Origin: Coriobacteriia bacterium
GTDB taxonomy: Bacteria > Actinomycetota > Coriobacteriia > Anaerosomatales > Kmv31
Assembly: GCA_014859305.1 (NCBI GenBank)
Contig: JACUUM010000003.1
Span: 550 to 64,549 of the forward strand
DNA: 64,000 nt
Reading direction: 5' to 3'
A program made the translations under genes and the position numbers. Each line of letters starts with the position of its first letter. Position 1 is the first letter of the stretch. Of the stretch, positions 7,953-18,241 are shown piece after piece. Below the pieces are notes generated by a model. The model was given only the letters and a program-made list of their open reading frames with translations, had not been told where the DNA came from and ran no database searches.

Positions 7953-10496
7953 GTGCAGCCCGTACGTTCGGCGGGGGGTCCCGTGGACGCTGCCGATCCT
8001 GTCTCTAGCCCGCTGTTCCCGGACTACTTCCTCGGAATGGTCGCGGAGCTCGCGCCGCTGGGCATCTGCGTCATCGACGGCGAAGCCATGTGCTTCCGCT
8101 GGGCGAACCGCACCGCCTTGCAGCTCTTCGGCGAGCCCTTCGCGACCTTCGGCGTCGGCGGGCGCCACGTGCTCGACGTCTTGCCCGAGGCCGGCGAGAA
8201 CGGGTTGCTGGCCTCGGTCGCCTCCGTGTGCGAGCGCGGCGAGCCCGACGACCCGCTGGAGTGCGACTTCAGCCGAAGGGGCGCCCAGCGCGACTGGCGG
8301 TGGACGCTGCGCCCGCTGGGCAGGCTCAGGGGAGGTCCGGCCGACGCCGTGGCGGTGGTGGAAGACGTCACCGCCTCCGCGGTCGCGCGCGCTCGTGCCG
8401 AGGAGCAGGCCTCGCGCCTGGAGATGGCGCTGAAGCGCTCGGGAAGCGTGCTCGCGAGCCTGAGCGCGGGGCTGGCCGTCTTCGACCTCAAGGGGTGCCT
8501 CATCTACGCCAACCAGGCCGCTCGCGATCTCGGGGTCCAGTGGGACCAGCTGGTCGCGACGCCTCCGGTGGACACCGCCCACATCGTTCGCACGATCGAC
8601 GGCGAGGAGGTGCCCCGCGAGGAGTGGCCGCTCGCGCGCGTGCTGCGGGGACAGGCGTTCACCGACAGATGGCTCAGGCGGACCGACCCGGTCACCGGCC
8701 GAGCGTACTTCCTCAGCTACGGCGGCGCGGTGGTCCGCGACGACCGTGACAAGCCGACGCTCGCCGCCCTGACGCTGCACGACGTGCACGACCGCATCGC
8801 GGAGACGCGCCACCGCGACATGCTCCTGGAGACGCTCGAGCGCGAGCAGGAGCGGTCGGAGAAGCTGCTGGTGACCATCGCGAGCGAACGCGACGTGCTC
8901 GAGCTCGTCATGGAGCGTACGGACACGGAGCTGGCTTACCTCGACGCCGAACTGCGTTTCGTGACGGTGAACGAGGCGTTCGCGCGCTCGGCCGGCCTCT
9001 CGCGCGACGAGATGCTCGGCACGTACCTCCCCGCCGCCCTCCCCGAGGAGGTGCCCCTGGAGGCCGTTCGCGAGGCGTTGACCTCCGGCATCGCCCGCAA
9101 GTCCTCGGACATGCCGCCGCGCGTGGGTTCGCCGTGGACGCACCGCCGCTACACGGAGTGGATGCTCACGCCGGTCCCGGGCGCGCCGCACGCGTCCGAG
9201 GGCATCGTCCTGTCGCTGACCGACATCACGCCCTCGGTGCGCGCGAAGCACCTCTCGGAGGCTCTCAACGGCATCAACCTCACGCTGTCGGGATCGCTGC
9301 GCGCCGAGGAGGTCCTCGCGCAGCTCGTGGCGGACGTCGCCGCCGCTCTGGGCTGCGATTCCACCGCGCTCGCCCTCAGCGACGGCGGGGGGTGGCTCAT
9401 CCGGCACGTCAACGGGCTGCCCGAGGAGCTCCTGGGCACGCAGCTGGCCGAGGCCGGCGTCCTGCCCGGGGGCCAGTGCGCGAGACTGGGACGGCCGGTG
9501 GCCGTTGCGGACGTCTTGGAGGAGGCCGGCGCCGACCCGGAGACGGCGCGGCGCTGGGGCGTGAGGGCAGCGCTCGGGATCCCCTTCTTCGTCCGCGGAT
9601 GCTGCGAGGCGATCCTGCTGTGCAACTTCCACGAGGAGCCGCACGTCTTCGTCGAGGCCGAGCTGGACTTCGCCACGAAGCTTGCCGCCTCGGCGTCGCT
9701 GGCGTTCGAGAACAGCCACCTGTACGAGAGCGAGCACCACATCGCGCAGACGCTCCAAGAGGCCCTGCTCTCGATGCCCGACAACGTGGAGGGCGTGCGC
9801 TTCGGGCATCTCTACCGCTCCGCCGTGCAGGCCGCTCGGGTGGGAGGCGATTTCTATGACGTCTTCTCCCTGGGCGCGGGCCGGGTGGGGCTCGTGGTCG
9901 GGGACGTGTCGGGCAAGGGTCTGGAGGCCGCCGCGCTCACCTCGCTGGTGCGCGAGGCCATCAAGGCGCACTCGGGGCCGTTCGTCGCGCCCTGCTCGGT
10001 GCTGGCGAAGGTGAACGAGGTGATACTGCACAACTGCGACTTCGCCACGTTCGTGACGGTGTTCTTCGGGATCCTCGACGTGCAGACGGGTCACCTGCAG
10101 TACTGCAGTGCCGGGCATCCGCCGCCGGTGCTCAAGCGCGGCGCCGAGGCGACGCTGTTGCGCACGCGCTCGCCGCTGGTCGGGGCGCTCGAGGACGTGA
10201 CTTACCACTCGGACGGCGTGGCCGTCGACGACGGCGACATCCTGTTGCTGTACACCGACGGGCTCGTGGAGGTGCATCGCGGTCCCGAGATGTACGGCGA
10301 CGCGCGACTATGCGCCCGGGTGGCGAGCCTGGGCGGGACCGCCGTGGAGGACGTGCCCCACGCCGTCTTCATGGATGCGTCCGCGTGGGCGGGGGGCGCC
10401 ATGCGCGACGACGTGGCGCTCCTCGCGGTCACTCTGGACCGGGAGCACGGCGGGCCGACGATTGCGCAGAGCCAGCTGCCCCTGGACATCGCCTGA
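7953..10496 (+). CDS. cytoplasmic PAS/PAS/GAF sensor SpoIIE/PP2C-family phosphatase
   Basis: No TM helix. Repeated PAS-like blocks and a GAF-like block (LGCDSTALALSDGGGW). C-terminus is paralogous to 3923..6259 (LQEALLSMP...GGDFYDVF...VVGDVSGKGLEAAA...YTDGLVE). Confidence 0.8.
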   Translation: MQPVRSAGGPVDAADPVSSPLFPDYFLGMVAELAPLGICVIDGEAMCFRWANRTALQLFGEPFATFGVGGRHVLDVLPEAGENGLLASVASVCERGEPDDPLECDFSRRGAQRDWRWTLRPLGRLRGGPADAVAVVEDVTASAVARARAEEQASRLEMALKRSGSVLASLSAGLAVFDLKGCLIYANQAARDLGVQWDQLVATPPVDTAHIVRTIDGEEVPREEWPLARVLRGQAFTDRWLRRTDPVTGRAYFLSYGGAVVRDDRDKPTLAALTLHDVHDRIAETRHRDMLLETLEREQERSEKLLVTIASERDVLELVMERTDTELAYLDAELRFVTVNEAFARSAGLSRDEMLGTYLPAALPEEVPLEAVREALTSGIARKSSDMPPRVGSPWTHRRYTEWMLTPVPGAPHASEGIVLSLTDITPSVRAKHLSEALNGINLTLSGSLRAEEVLAQLVADVAAALGCDSTALALSDGGGWLIRHVNGLPEELLGTQLAEAGVLPGGQCARLGRPVAVADVLEEAGADPETARRWGVRAALGIPFFVRGCCEAILLCNFHEEPHVFVEAELDFATKLAASASLAFENSHLYESEHHIAQTLQEALLSMPDNVEGVRFGHLYRSAVQAARVGGDFYDVFSLGAGRVGLVVGDVSGKGLEAAALTSLVREAIKAHSGPFVAPCSVLAKVNEVILHNCDFATFVTVFFGILDVQTGHLQYCSAGHPPPVLKRGAEATLLRTRSPLVGALEDVTYHSDGVAVDDGDILLLYTDGLVEVHRGPEMYGDARLCARVASLGGTAVEDVPHAVFMDASAWAGGAMRDDVALLAVTLDREHGGPTIAQSQLPLDIA

Positions 10497-10517
10497 CCGC
10501 CGTCATGCCTGACCGCC
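10491..10517. repeat. 11-nt direct repeat GCCTGACCGCC x2 with a 5-nt spacer, spanning the stop codon of the PAS phosphatase
   Basis: Read directly: 10491..10501 and 10507..10517 are identical. Confidence 0.9.
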
Positions 10518-10627
10518 ACCCTCGTCGGCTGTGGACGCCGCGTGCTCGCTGCGGCAGGATACGGTGAACGTCACGGGCGGTCCTACAGGGGGGCCGCTTC
10601 CGGCTAGGTTGCGAAGGAGCGTAAGCG

Positions 10628-12028
10628 ATGCGGATCATCGTGCTGGGAGGCGGTCCCGGCGGCTACTCGGCTGCCTTCGAGGCGGCGCGCCTCGGCGCGC
10701 GGGTCACACTGATCGAGAAGGACCGCCTCGGCGGCACGTGCTTGATATGGGGGTGCATCCCGACCAAGACGATCCTGCGGACCGCGCGCATCGTGCTCGA
10801 CACGACGAACGCCGAGGAGTTCGGCCTCGACGCCGAGCGGGCCTCGCTCGACCTGCCACGACTGCGCGAGCGCAAGGAGGGCGTGGTCGACGAGCTCGTC
10901 GGGCAGCTGGACTCCACGGCGCGGCGCCTCAAGGTCGAGGTGGTGCGCGGCGTCGGCCGGCTGACCGGGCCCAAGTGCGTGGAGGTCGAGCTGGCCGAGG
11001 GCGGCACGGCCGCCTACGAGTGCGAGGCGCTCATCCTGGCCACGGGTTCCGTGCCGTTGAAGCTGCCCGCCATCGACCACACGATGCCCGGCGTGTGGAC
11101 GTCGGACGACGCCGTCGCCCTCGATGCGGTCCCCGAGCGGGTGCTGCTGATCGGCGGCGGGGTCATCGGCCTCGAGTTCGCCTGTGCCTACGCGGCCTTC
11201 GGTTCGAAGGTCACCGTCGTCGAGTTCATGCCGACGGTGCTGCCCGGCAACGACAAGCGCGTCACGCGTGCCGTTCAAGAGGCGCTCGAGCGGTTGGGTG
11301 TCGGATTCCGGCTCGGCCGCACGGTCGATTCGGTGGAGCGCCGCGGGAAGGCGATGCGCTCCACGCTGGACTCGGGCGAGGCGATCGAGAGCGACGTGGT
11401 CTTCTCCGCGGTCGGCCGCATGCCGAACTCGGCGGGGATGGGCTTCGCCGAGGCAGGCATCGGGATGGACCGGGCGGCCGTCAAGGCCGACGCGTACTTC
11501 CGCACCAACGTGCCCGGCGTCTATGCGATCGGAGATCTGATCGCCGGCATGATGCTCGCCCATGTCGCCGAGGAAGAGGGCGTGTGCGCGGCGCGGAACG
11601 CGGTCTCGGAAGCGCAGGCCGCCGAGGTGGGCGGGATACCGGAGCTGCACACGCTGGACTACTGGTGCATCCCGGCGTGCGTCTACACCTTCCCCGAGGT
11701 GGCCGTCATCGGTTCGTCGCGCGATTCGGCCAGGGAGCGCGGCTTGGACGCGATCCAGGCCGTGGCCAAGTTCGCCGCCAACGGCAAGGCGCTCGGCGAG
11801 GGCGAGGCAGAGGGGTTCGTACAGATGGTCGCCGAGAAGGGGACGGGGAGGATACTGGGCTGCCAGATCGTCGGCCCGCATGCCGTGGAGATCGTGCACG
11901 AGGTCTCGGTCGCCATGTCGGCCGGTGTGACGGTGGGCGGGCTGGCGCACGCGACGCACGCCCACCCCACGGTGAGCGAGGTCGTGAGGAACGCCGCCTC
12001 GGACGCGGCCGAGAAGTGCGGTCTGTGA
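10628..12028 (+). CDS. lpdA: dihydrolipoyl dehydrogenase
   Basis: GGGPGGY FAD fingerprint, redox-active GGTCLIWGCIPTK, a second Rossmann motif IGGGVIGLE, and C-terminal HAHPTVSE. Confidence 0.85.
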   Translation: MRIIVLGGGPGGYSAAFEAARLGARVTLIEKDRLGGTCLIWGCIPTKTILRTARIVLDTTNAEEFGLDAERASLDLPRLRERKEGVVDELVGQLDSTARRLKVEVVRGVGRLTGPKCVEVELAEGGTAAYECEALILATGSVPLKLPAIDHTMPGVWTSDDAVALDAVPERVLLIGGGVIGLEFACAYAAFGSKVTVVEFMPTVLPGNDKRVTRAVQEALERLGVGFRLGRTVDSVERRGKAMRSTLDSGEAIESDVVFSAVGRMPNSAGMGFAEAGIGMDRAAVKADAYFRTNVPGVYAIGDLIAGMMLAHVAEEEGVCAARNAVSEAQAAEVGGIPELHTLDYWCIPACVYTFPEVAVIGSSRDSARERGLDAIQAVAKFAANGKALGEGEAEGFVQMVAEKGTGRILGCQIVGPHAVEIVHEVSVAMSAGVTVGGLAHATHAHPTVSEVVRNAASDAAEKCGL

Positions 12029-12058
12029 AGGGACCGCCCGCGGGTGTGCCGGCGCCGC

Positions 12059-12081
12059 GCCGCCGACGCCCGGACGGCGGC
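12059..12081. terminator. possible bidirectional stem-loop between convergent lpdA and the small EF-like gene
   Basis: GCCGCCG (12059..12065) pairs with CGGCGGC (12075..12081) around a 9-nt loop. There is no U-tract. Confidence 0.25.
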
Positions 12082-12335
12082 TACTGCACCAGGTAGACCC
12101 GGTCGTGCTCGCGCACGTGCTCGCCGACCTTGATCCCGATGTCCTGGCCCTCGTGCGCCTCGGGCACCTGCTCGTGGTCGACCTCGATCGAGCCCACCTG
12201 CTGCTCGAAGTCGGTGGTGTGACCGATCACGCGGATGCGGTCGCCCTCGTGCAGCACGCCCTTGTCCATGTGGATCCCGGCGACCCCGATCCTCCCGTAC
12301 CAGTGGGTCACGTGACCGATGAGCTCCTCGGGCAT
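12081..12335 (-). CDS. small translation-elongation-factor-like beta-barrel protein (84 aa)
   Basis: Only the last 84 aa of the 380-aa ORF look protein-like (MPEELIGHVTHWYGRIGVAGIHMDKGVLHEGDRIRVIGH...). This resembles EF-Tu domain 2-like mini-proteins. Confidence 0.6.
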   Translation of the reverse strand: MPEELIGHVTHWYGRIGVAGIHMDKGVLHEGDRIRVIGHTTDFEQQVGSIEVDHEQVPEAHEGQDIGIKVGEHVREHDRVYLVQ

Positions 12336-12443
12336 CTCTCTCACCTTCCCGCGGTCCTCGGGCCGCCCGGGCCCTTCAATCCGATGGATACCCGTTCCAA
12401 CGCGGATCCGCGCTCTTCCCGCACATGACGTATTATGCCGCGC

Positions 12444-13316
12444 ATGGCGCGTGAGAGGGGAACCCGAGCAGGGCGCGGGGCCGAGTGGCTGAAGCGCCCG
12501 GTGGCCGCGACGGGGCGGCACGACGCCGTCGCGGAGCTGCTGCGCGAGCTGCGGCTGAGCACGGTGTGCCGCTCCGCGCGCTGCCCGAACCGCGGCGAGT
12601 GCTACTCGGCCGGCACGGCGACGTTCCTGGTGCTGGGGGAGGCGTGCACGCGGGACTGCCGCTTCTGCGCCGTGTCGCCGGGGGCGCCGGAGCCGGCGGA
12701 CGCCACCGAGCCGGGGCGGGTGGCGGAGGCGGCGCGGCGACTGGGGCTGGGGCACGTGGTGATCACGATGGTGACCCGCGACGACCTGCCCGACGGGGGG
12801 GCGGATCACGTGGCCGCGGTCGTCCGGGAGGTGCGCGCGGTCCTGCCGGACGCGACGGTCGAGGTGCTCGTGAGCGACCTCGGGGGCGACCTCGCGGCCG
12901 TTCGCGGCGTCGCCTCCGCCGGGCCCGACGTCTTCAATCACAACGTCGAGACCGTCCCGAGGCTGTACGCCACCGTGCGCCCCCGGGCGGACTACGCCCG
13001 GAGCCTGCGCATGCTGGAGACGGCGCGGGACGCGGCGCCGGGCACGCCGACCAAGTCGGGGCTCATGCTCGGACTCGGCGAGAGGCCCGAGGAGGTCCTC
13101 GGCGTGATGCGCGACCTGCGGAAGGCGGGCGTGACGATACTCACCCTGGGGCAGTACCTGCGCCCGAGCGCCCGGCACCTGCCGGTGGCGCGGTTCGTGC
13201 CGCCGGGGGAGTTCGCCGCGCACGCCGAGGCCGCGCGCGAGCTCGGGTTCGCGGCGGTCGCCTCGGCGCCCTACGTGCGATCCAGCTACCGGGCGGAGCG
13301 GCTGCTCGCGGACTGA
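12444..13316 (+). CDS. lipA: lipoyl synthase
   Basis: CRSARCPNRGEC (auxiliary cluster) and CTRDCRFCAV (radical SAM CxxxCxxC), with VVITMVTRDDL. Start is either ATG 12435 or ATG 12444. A TATTAT box at 12431..12436 favours a leaderless start at 12444. Confidence 0.9.
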   Translation: MARERGTRAGRGAEWLKRPVAATGRHDAVAELLRELRLSTVCRSARCPNRGECYSAGTATFLVLGEACTRDCRFCAVSPGAPEPADATEPGRVAEAARRLGLGHVVITMVTRDDLPDGGADHVAAVVREVRAVLPDATVEVLVSDLGGDLAAVRGVASAGPDVFNHNVETVPRLYATVRPRADYARSLRMLETARDAAPGTPTKSGLMLGLGERPEEVLGVMRDLRKAGVTILTLGQYLRPSARHLPVARFVPPGEFAAHAEAARELGFAAVASAPYVRSSYRAERLLAD

Positions 13317-13371
13317 GGGGCGAGCTCTCGCGGACCCCGCGCGGCCCCTGCGCCCGGCGCGATCGGCGCGG

Positions 13372-14163
13372 TCAGGCGCGCCTCAGCGCCTCCGCGAGCG
13401 TCTCGGGAAGCCCGACACCCCGCATCCGTCCGGCGACCGCCTCGACGTCGTAGCCGACGCGGTGCACGACCGCGCCCGCCCAGGTGGCCGTGTCGCCGAC
13501 CCGGGCCGCGGCCGCATCCTCCGGAGCCGCGGCGCGCACGTCCTCCTCGCTCCCTAGGACGAGTCCCACCCACGCGGCCCACGGATCGCCGTCCCCGGGC
13601 TTCCCCACCGAACCCGAGCTGACGTAGTGGACGACGCCTCGTTCCGTGGCGAAGGACCGGTGGTAGGGGATGTGGACGTGCCCGACGCACACGACGTCCG
13701 CGCCCGCCCGCTCCGCGAGGCGCGCCAGCTGCTCCTCGGTCCGGTCGGGCAGCAGGTACTCGTTGATCTTCCGCGGGCTGCCGTGCGTGAGCAGCACTCG
13801 GGCGCCGCCCTCCTCCAGCCGCACGGAATCCGGCAGGCCGGCGAGCCAGCCTGCCCGCTCGTCGTCCACAGCGGCGACCGTGAACTCGTACGAAGCGGCG
13901 CCGTCGTCGCGCGCCTGCTGCGTGCCGTAGTAGCATCCACACGCGCCGAGCCGCCCGCCGATGCCCTCGTCGTAGTTGCCACGGATCGTCGGGATGCCCG
14001 AGGACCGGATGAGGTCGACGACCTCGTTCGGGTCCGGCCCGTACCCCACGAGGTCGCCGAGGCAGTACCGTTCGGAGACGCCGGCGGCGTCGATGTCGTC
14101 CAGCACCGCCTTCAGCGCGTCGAGGTTGGCATGCACGTCCGAGAAGAGCGCGATCAACCTCAC
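13372..14163 (-). CDS. metallophosphoesterase (YfcE/MJ0936-like)
   Basis: Motifs LFSDVHAN, LGDLVGYGP, GNYD, GHVH. GTG 14163 overlaps the stop of the upstream usp gene, and GGAGG lies upstream. Confidence 0.8.
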   Translation of the reverse strand: MRLIALFSDVHANLDALKAVLDDIDAAGVSERYCLGDLVGYGPDPNEVVDLIRSSGIPTIRGNYDEGIGGRLGACGCYYGTQQARDDGAASYEFTVAAVDDERAGWLAGLPDSVRLEEGGARVLLTHGSPRKINEYLLPDRTEEQLARLAERAGADVVCVGHVHIPYHRSFATERGVVHYVSSGSVGKPGDGDPWAAWVGLVLGSEEDVRAAAPEDAAAARVGDTATWAGAVVHRVGYDVEAVAGRMRGVGLPETLAEALRRA

Positions 14164-14986
14164 GCCTCGGCCTCCGGATGAGGCCGAGGGACGAACAGCA
14201 CCGGGACGGGCGAGCGCTCCGCGAGCCGTCTCGAGACGCTCCCCCTGAGCGCGCGCTCGACGCCGCGCACCTTCGGCGACACCACGAGCAGCGTCGCGCC
14301 GAACGCCTCCGCCTCGGCCAGAACGCCTTCGACCGGATCGCCCCGCCTCACGACGGCGTCCCACGGCGCACCGGCCTCATGGGAGGCGACCAGCGCATCC
14401 AGCCGCTCGCGAGCCGCAACGGCGGCACGCGCGTCCTCGGCGACGTGCACCACCCGCGCGCTCTCGACCGCGGGCAGCGAGGCCAGCACGGCGGGGACGC
14501 GCTCCGGCTCCTCCTCCAGGTCCATCGCCGCCAGCGGCCGGGCGAACGGCGTACCGCTGCCCAGCCTGCACCACACCTGCGCCTCCTGCACGACCCGGTC
14601 GACGAGAACGGGCACGTCGCCGGCGGCCGCCAGCCTCTCGGCCGTGCTGCCGAAGAGGCGCCTGGCGGCGGCGTTGCGGCCGAGCGAGGTGACCATCACG
14701 AGGCCGGCCTCCTCCTCGGCCGCCACGCGCTCGATCGTCTCCACCGCGTCGCCCTCCTCGAGGCGCCACGACGCGTCGAAGCCGCGTTCGCGGAGCCGGC
14801 GGGTCTCCTCGGCGAGCTCGGATCCGGCCCACTCCCGGATCGCCGGGATCGACCCGCCGGCCGTGTACAGGTCCAACTCGATCACGTGCAGCAGGACGAC
14901 GCGCTCGAATGGCTGAGCGGGGGATGCGCACAAGCCCTCTATGACGAGCAGCCCGGCTTCGGACAGGTCGGTCGGAACGAGTACTC

Positions 14987-14990
<4 letters not shown>
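14160..14990 (-). CDS. tandem universal stress protein (2x UspA domain)
   Basis: Two Usp-like halves (MRVLVPTDLSE...GLVMVTSLG...VPVLVD and ...ATLLVVSPK...SPVPVLFV). ATG 14990 overlaps the acr3 stop. Confidence 0.8.
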
Positions 14991-16090
<1,100 letters not shown>

Positions 16091-16094
16091 CCCC

Positions 16095-16478
16095 TCACCG
16101 TCCCTTCGCGTCGTCGGTCTCGTTCGTTCCCGCACCGCAGGGTTCGCCCGCCGCGGATGGCGCGTCGGCGAGCATGGTCTCGACGCGCTCGGCGACTCCG
16201 GCCAGCTGTCCGCGTTCGGCCCAGTAGCACCCCCGCGCGCCGCGTGCCTCGTACCCGACCAGGCCGGCCTCCCGCAGGATGCGCAGGTGCTCGGAGATGG
16301 TGGACTGGGCGAGCGGCAGGTCGTCGAAGATCTCCCCTCCGGAGCACGTCTCGCATGCGAGCAGGAGGCTCAGGATGCGCACGCGAGCCGGATGTCCGAG
16401 GGCCTTGGCCAGGCGCCCGAGCTCGCGGTCGTTCCTGGAGTAGTGGTGGACATGCTGCCTCGCGGTCCTGTGCGGCAC
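16095..16478 (-). CDS. arsR: ArsR/SmtB-family metalloregulator
   Basis: wHTH LAKALGHPARVRILSLLLACETCSGGEIFDDLPLAQSTISEHLRILREAGLV. GTG start lies 9 nt after GGAGG, and the gene ends 4 nt upstream of acr3. Confidence 0.85.
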   Translation of the reverse strand: MPHRTARQHVHHYSRNDRELGRLAKALGHPARVRILSLLLACETCSGGEIFDDLPLAQSTISEHLRILREAGLVGYEARGARGCYWAERGQLAGVAERVETMLADAPSAAGEPCGAGTNETDDAKGR

Positions 16479-16552
16479 GCGCCGCTACCTCCGCTCACCG
16501 CCGGGGAGTCGCTCCCATCGCCAATCGTCTATGAACGATGAAGCTGGCGAGA

Positions 16553-16645
16553 GCGCCTTGTCAAGGGGCGACGGACAACCGGCGTGCGGGCTTGACAAGG
16601 CGCCGCGTCGGGACGAGTATTTCTACGAACATCGAACTAGTTCGA
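16553..16645. promoter_or_regulatory. divergent ars control region: 13-bp inverted repeat carrying mirrored TTGACA boxes, plus a 14-bp perfect palindrome
   Basis: GCGCCTTGTCAAG (16553..16565) and CTTGACAAGGCGC (16591..16603). TTGACA, 17 nt, then GAGTAT (16615..16620). The palindrome TCGAACTAGTTCGA (16632..16645) lies just upstream of the + strand arsR start. Confidence 0.5.
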
Positions 16646-16661
16646 GTGGATGGAGGGAGGC

Positions 16662-16976
16662 ATGCCCGTCACCCGTGAGACGTCCGCAGGGGCCGACAGC
16701 CTGTTCCGCGCGCTCGCCTCGGCCCAGCGGCGAGAGATACTGCGCATCCTCGGCGGGTGCACCCCCGACCCGGGCAAGACGTGCTGCGGTCCCGAGGAGG
16801 TCTGCGCGTGCAAGCTCGGCGAGCGCCTCGGGCTGGCGCCGTCCACCGTCTCGCACCACATGAAGCAGCTCGTCGAAGCCGGCCTCGTGTCCGCGCGCAA
16901 GGATGGCCTGTGGGTCTACTACACGCTCCGGCGCGACGCGCTACGGGCGGCCGCCGAGGAGCTGGCGCGGTACTGA
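16662..16976 (+). CDS. ArsR/SmtB-family regulator with a Cys-rich insertion
   Basis: LASAQRREILRIL...CCGPEEVCACKLGERLGLAPSTVSHHMKQLVEAGLV. ATG 16662 follows GGAGGGAGG (alternative ATG at 16650). Confidence 0.8.
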   Translation: MPVTRETSAGADSLFRALASAQRREILRILGGCTPDPGKTCCGPEEVCACKLGERLGLAPSTVSHHMKQLVEAGLVSARKDGLWVYYTLRRDALRAAAEELARY

Positions 16977-17021
16977 GAGCGAGGCCCCGCGAAGCGGGCG
17001 CGAAGGGAAGGAGAGGACGCG

Positions 17022-17264
17022 GTGGTCATCAAGATCCTGGGCTCGGGCTGCGCGAACTGCCGCAAGCTCGAGGAGCGCGCACGCGAGGCCGTCGGGAAGG
17101 CCGGGGTGGACGCCGAGATCGTCAAGGTCCAGGACCTCGCCGAGATCATGGCGTTCGGCGTCATGTCGACGCCGGCGCTGGTCGTGGACGAGGAGGTCGA
17201 GGTCGCCGGGCGCGTCCCTGCCGTGGACGAGATCGTCGGCATGTTGACGAGGGCGGCCGGCTAG
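17022..17264 (+). CDS. thioredoxin-fold redox-active disulfide protein (TM0996/MTH895-like)
   Basis: 80 aa: IKILGSGCANCRKLE...VMSTPALVVDEEV. This is the usual companion of COG0701 permeases. Confidence 0.8.
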   Translation: MVIKILGSGCANCRKLEERAREAVGKAGVDAEIVKVQDLAEIMAFGVMSTPALVVDEEVEVAGRVPAVDEIVGMLTRAAG

Positions 17265-17268
17265 GGCG

Positions 17269-18234
17269 ATGGACCCGTTCCTCCCCATACAGCGGCTCGC
17301 CGAATGGATCACGTTCCGGCTGGTCGGGCTGGAGCATGGATCGGCTCTCGGCGAGGCGCTGGCCTTCTTCCTCTACGACGTGCCCAAGATCCTCATCCTG
17401 CTCAGCGTCGTGGTGTTCGGAGTGGCGATACTCCGGTCGCACTTCCCGCCGGAGCGGACGAAGCGGCTGCTCTCGCACAGGAACCTGTACTCGGGGAACG
17501 TCGCCGCCGCGGGCATGGGCGTGCTGACGCCGTTCTGCTCGTGCTCCTCGGTTCCTCTGTTCATCGGCTTCGTGGAGGCCGGCGTGCCGCTGGGGGTGAC
17601 GTTCTCGTTCCTGATCGCGAGCCCGATGGTCGACGTGGTGGCGCTCACGCTGCTGCTCGGCCTGTTCGGCTGGAGGATCGCCATCCTCTACGTGGCGGCC
17701 GGAATGTCGATCGCGATCGCCAGCGGGATCGTGATCGGGAAGCTGGGGCTGGAGCATCTGGTGGAGGAGTACGTCTACCGGGTCAGGGTCGGTGAGGGGG
17801 AGGTGGCCGCTCCGACGTGGCGCCAGCGTGTCGAGTCCGCCACCGGCCACGTGAAGGAGATCGTCGGACGGGTCTGGCCCTACGTGGTCGGCGGCATCGC
17901 CATCGGCGCGCTCATGCACGGCTACGTGCCCGAGGACTTCCTCCTGCGCTTCGCGGGCCCGGACAACCCCTTCGCCGTCCCGGTCGCCGCTCTCCTCGGC
18001 GTGCCGCTGTACGCGAACGTGGCCGGCATCATCCCCATCGCTCAGGTCCTGTTCGGAAAGGGGATGGCTCTCGGTACGGTGCTCGCGTTCATGATGGCGG
18101 TCGTGGCGCTGTCCGTGCCGGAGATGGTCATCCTGCGCAAGGTGCTCAAGCCCAAGCTGATCGCGGTGTTCGTCGGCATCAACACGCTCGGCATCATCGT
18201 GATGGGCTACCTGTTCAACGCGGTCATGGGATAG
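17269..18234 (+). CDS. COG0701 permease (ArsP-like)
   Basis: Polytopic membrane protein with the signature LTPFCSCSSVPLFIGF. Confidence 0.8.
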   Translation: MDPFLPIQRLAEWITFRLVGLEHGSALGEALAFFLYDVPKILILLSVVVFGVAILRSHFPPERTKRLLSHRNLYSGNVAAAGMGVLTPFCSCSSVPLFIGFVEAGVPLGVTFSFLIASPMVDVVALTLLLGLFGWRIAILYVAAGMSIAIASGIVIGKLGLEHLVEEYVYRVRVGEGEVAAPTWRQRVESATGHVKEIVGRVWPYVVGGIAIGALMHGYVPEDFLLRFAGPDNPFAVPVAALLGVPLYANVAGIIPIAQVLFGKGMALGTVLAFMMAVVALSVPEMVILRKVLKPKLIAVFVGINTLGIIVMGYLFNAVMG

Positions 18235-18241
18235 GAGGGCC

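Noticed and set aside
6489-10277. 1262-aa ORF on the minus strand
   Set aside because: It lies antisense to metV, metF and the PAS/GAF phosphatase, which have clear family motifs. Its translation is Arg/Gly/Ala/Pro/His-rich low complexity with no recognisable domain. This is the usual stop-poor shadow ORF of high-GC DNA.
12336-13223. Upstream 296 codons of the 380-aa minus ORF 12081..13223
   Set aside because: This part is antisense to lipA and low complexity. Only the last 84 codons, after an ATG, look like a real protein.
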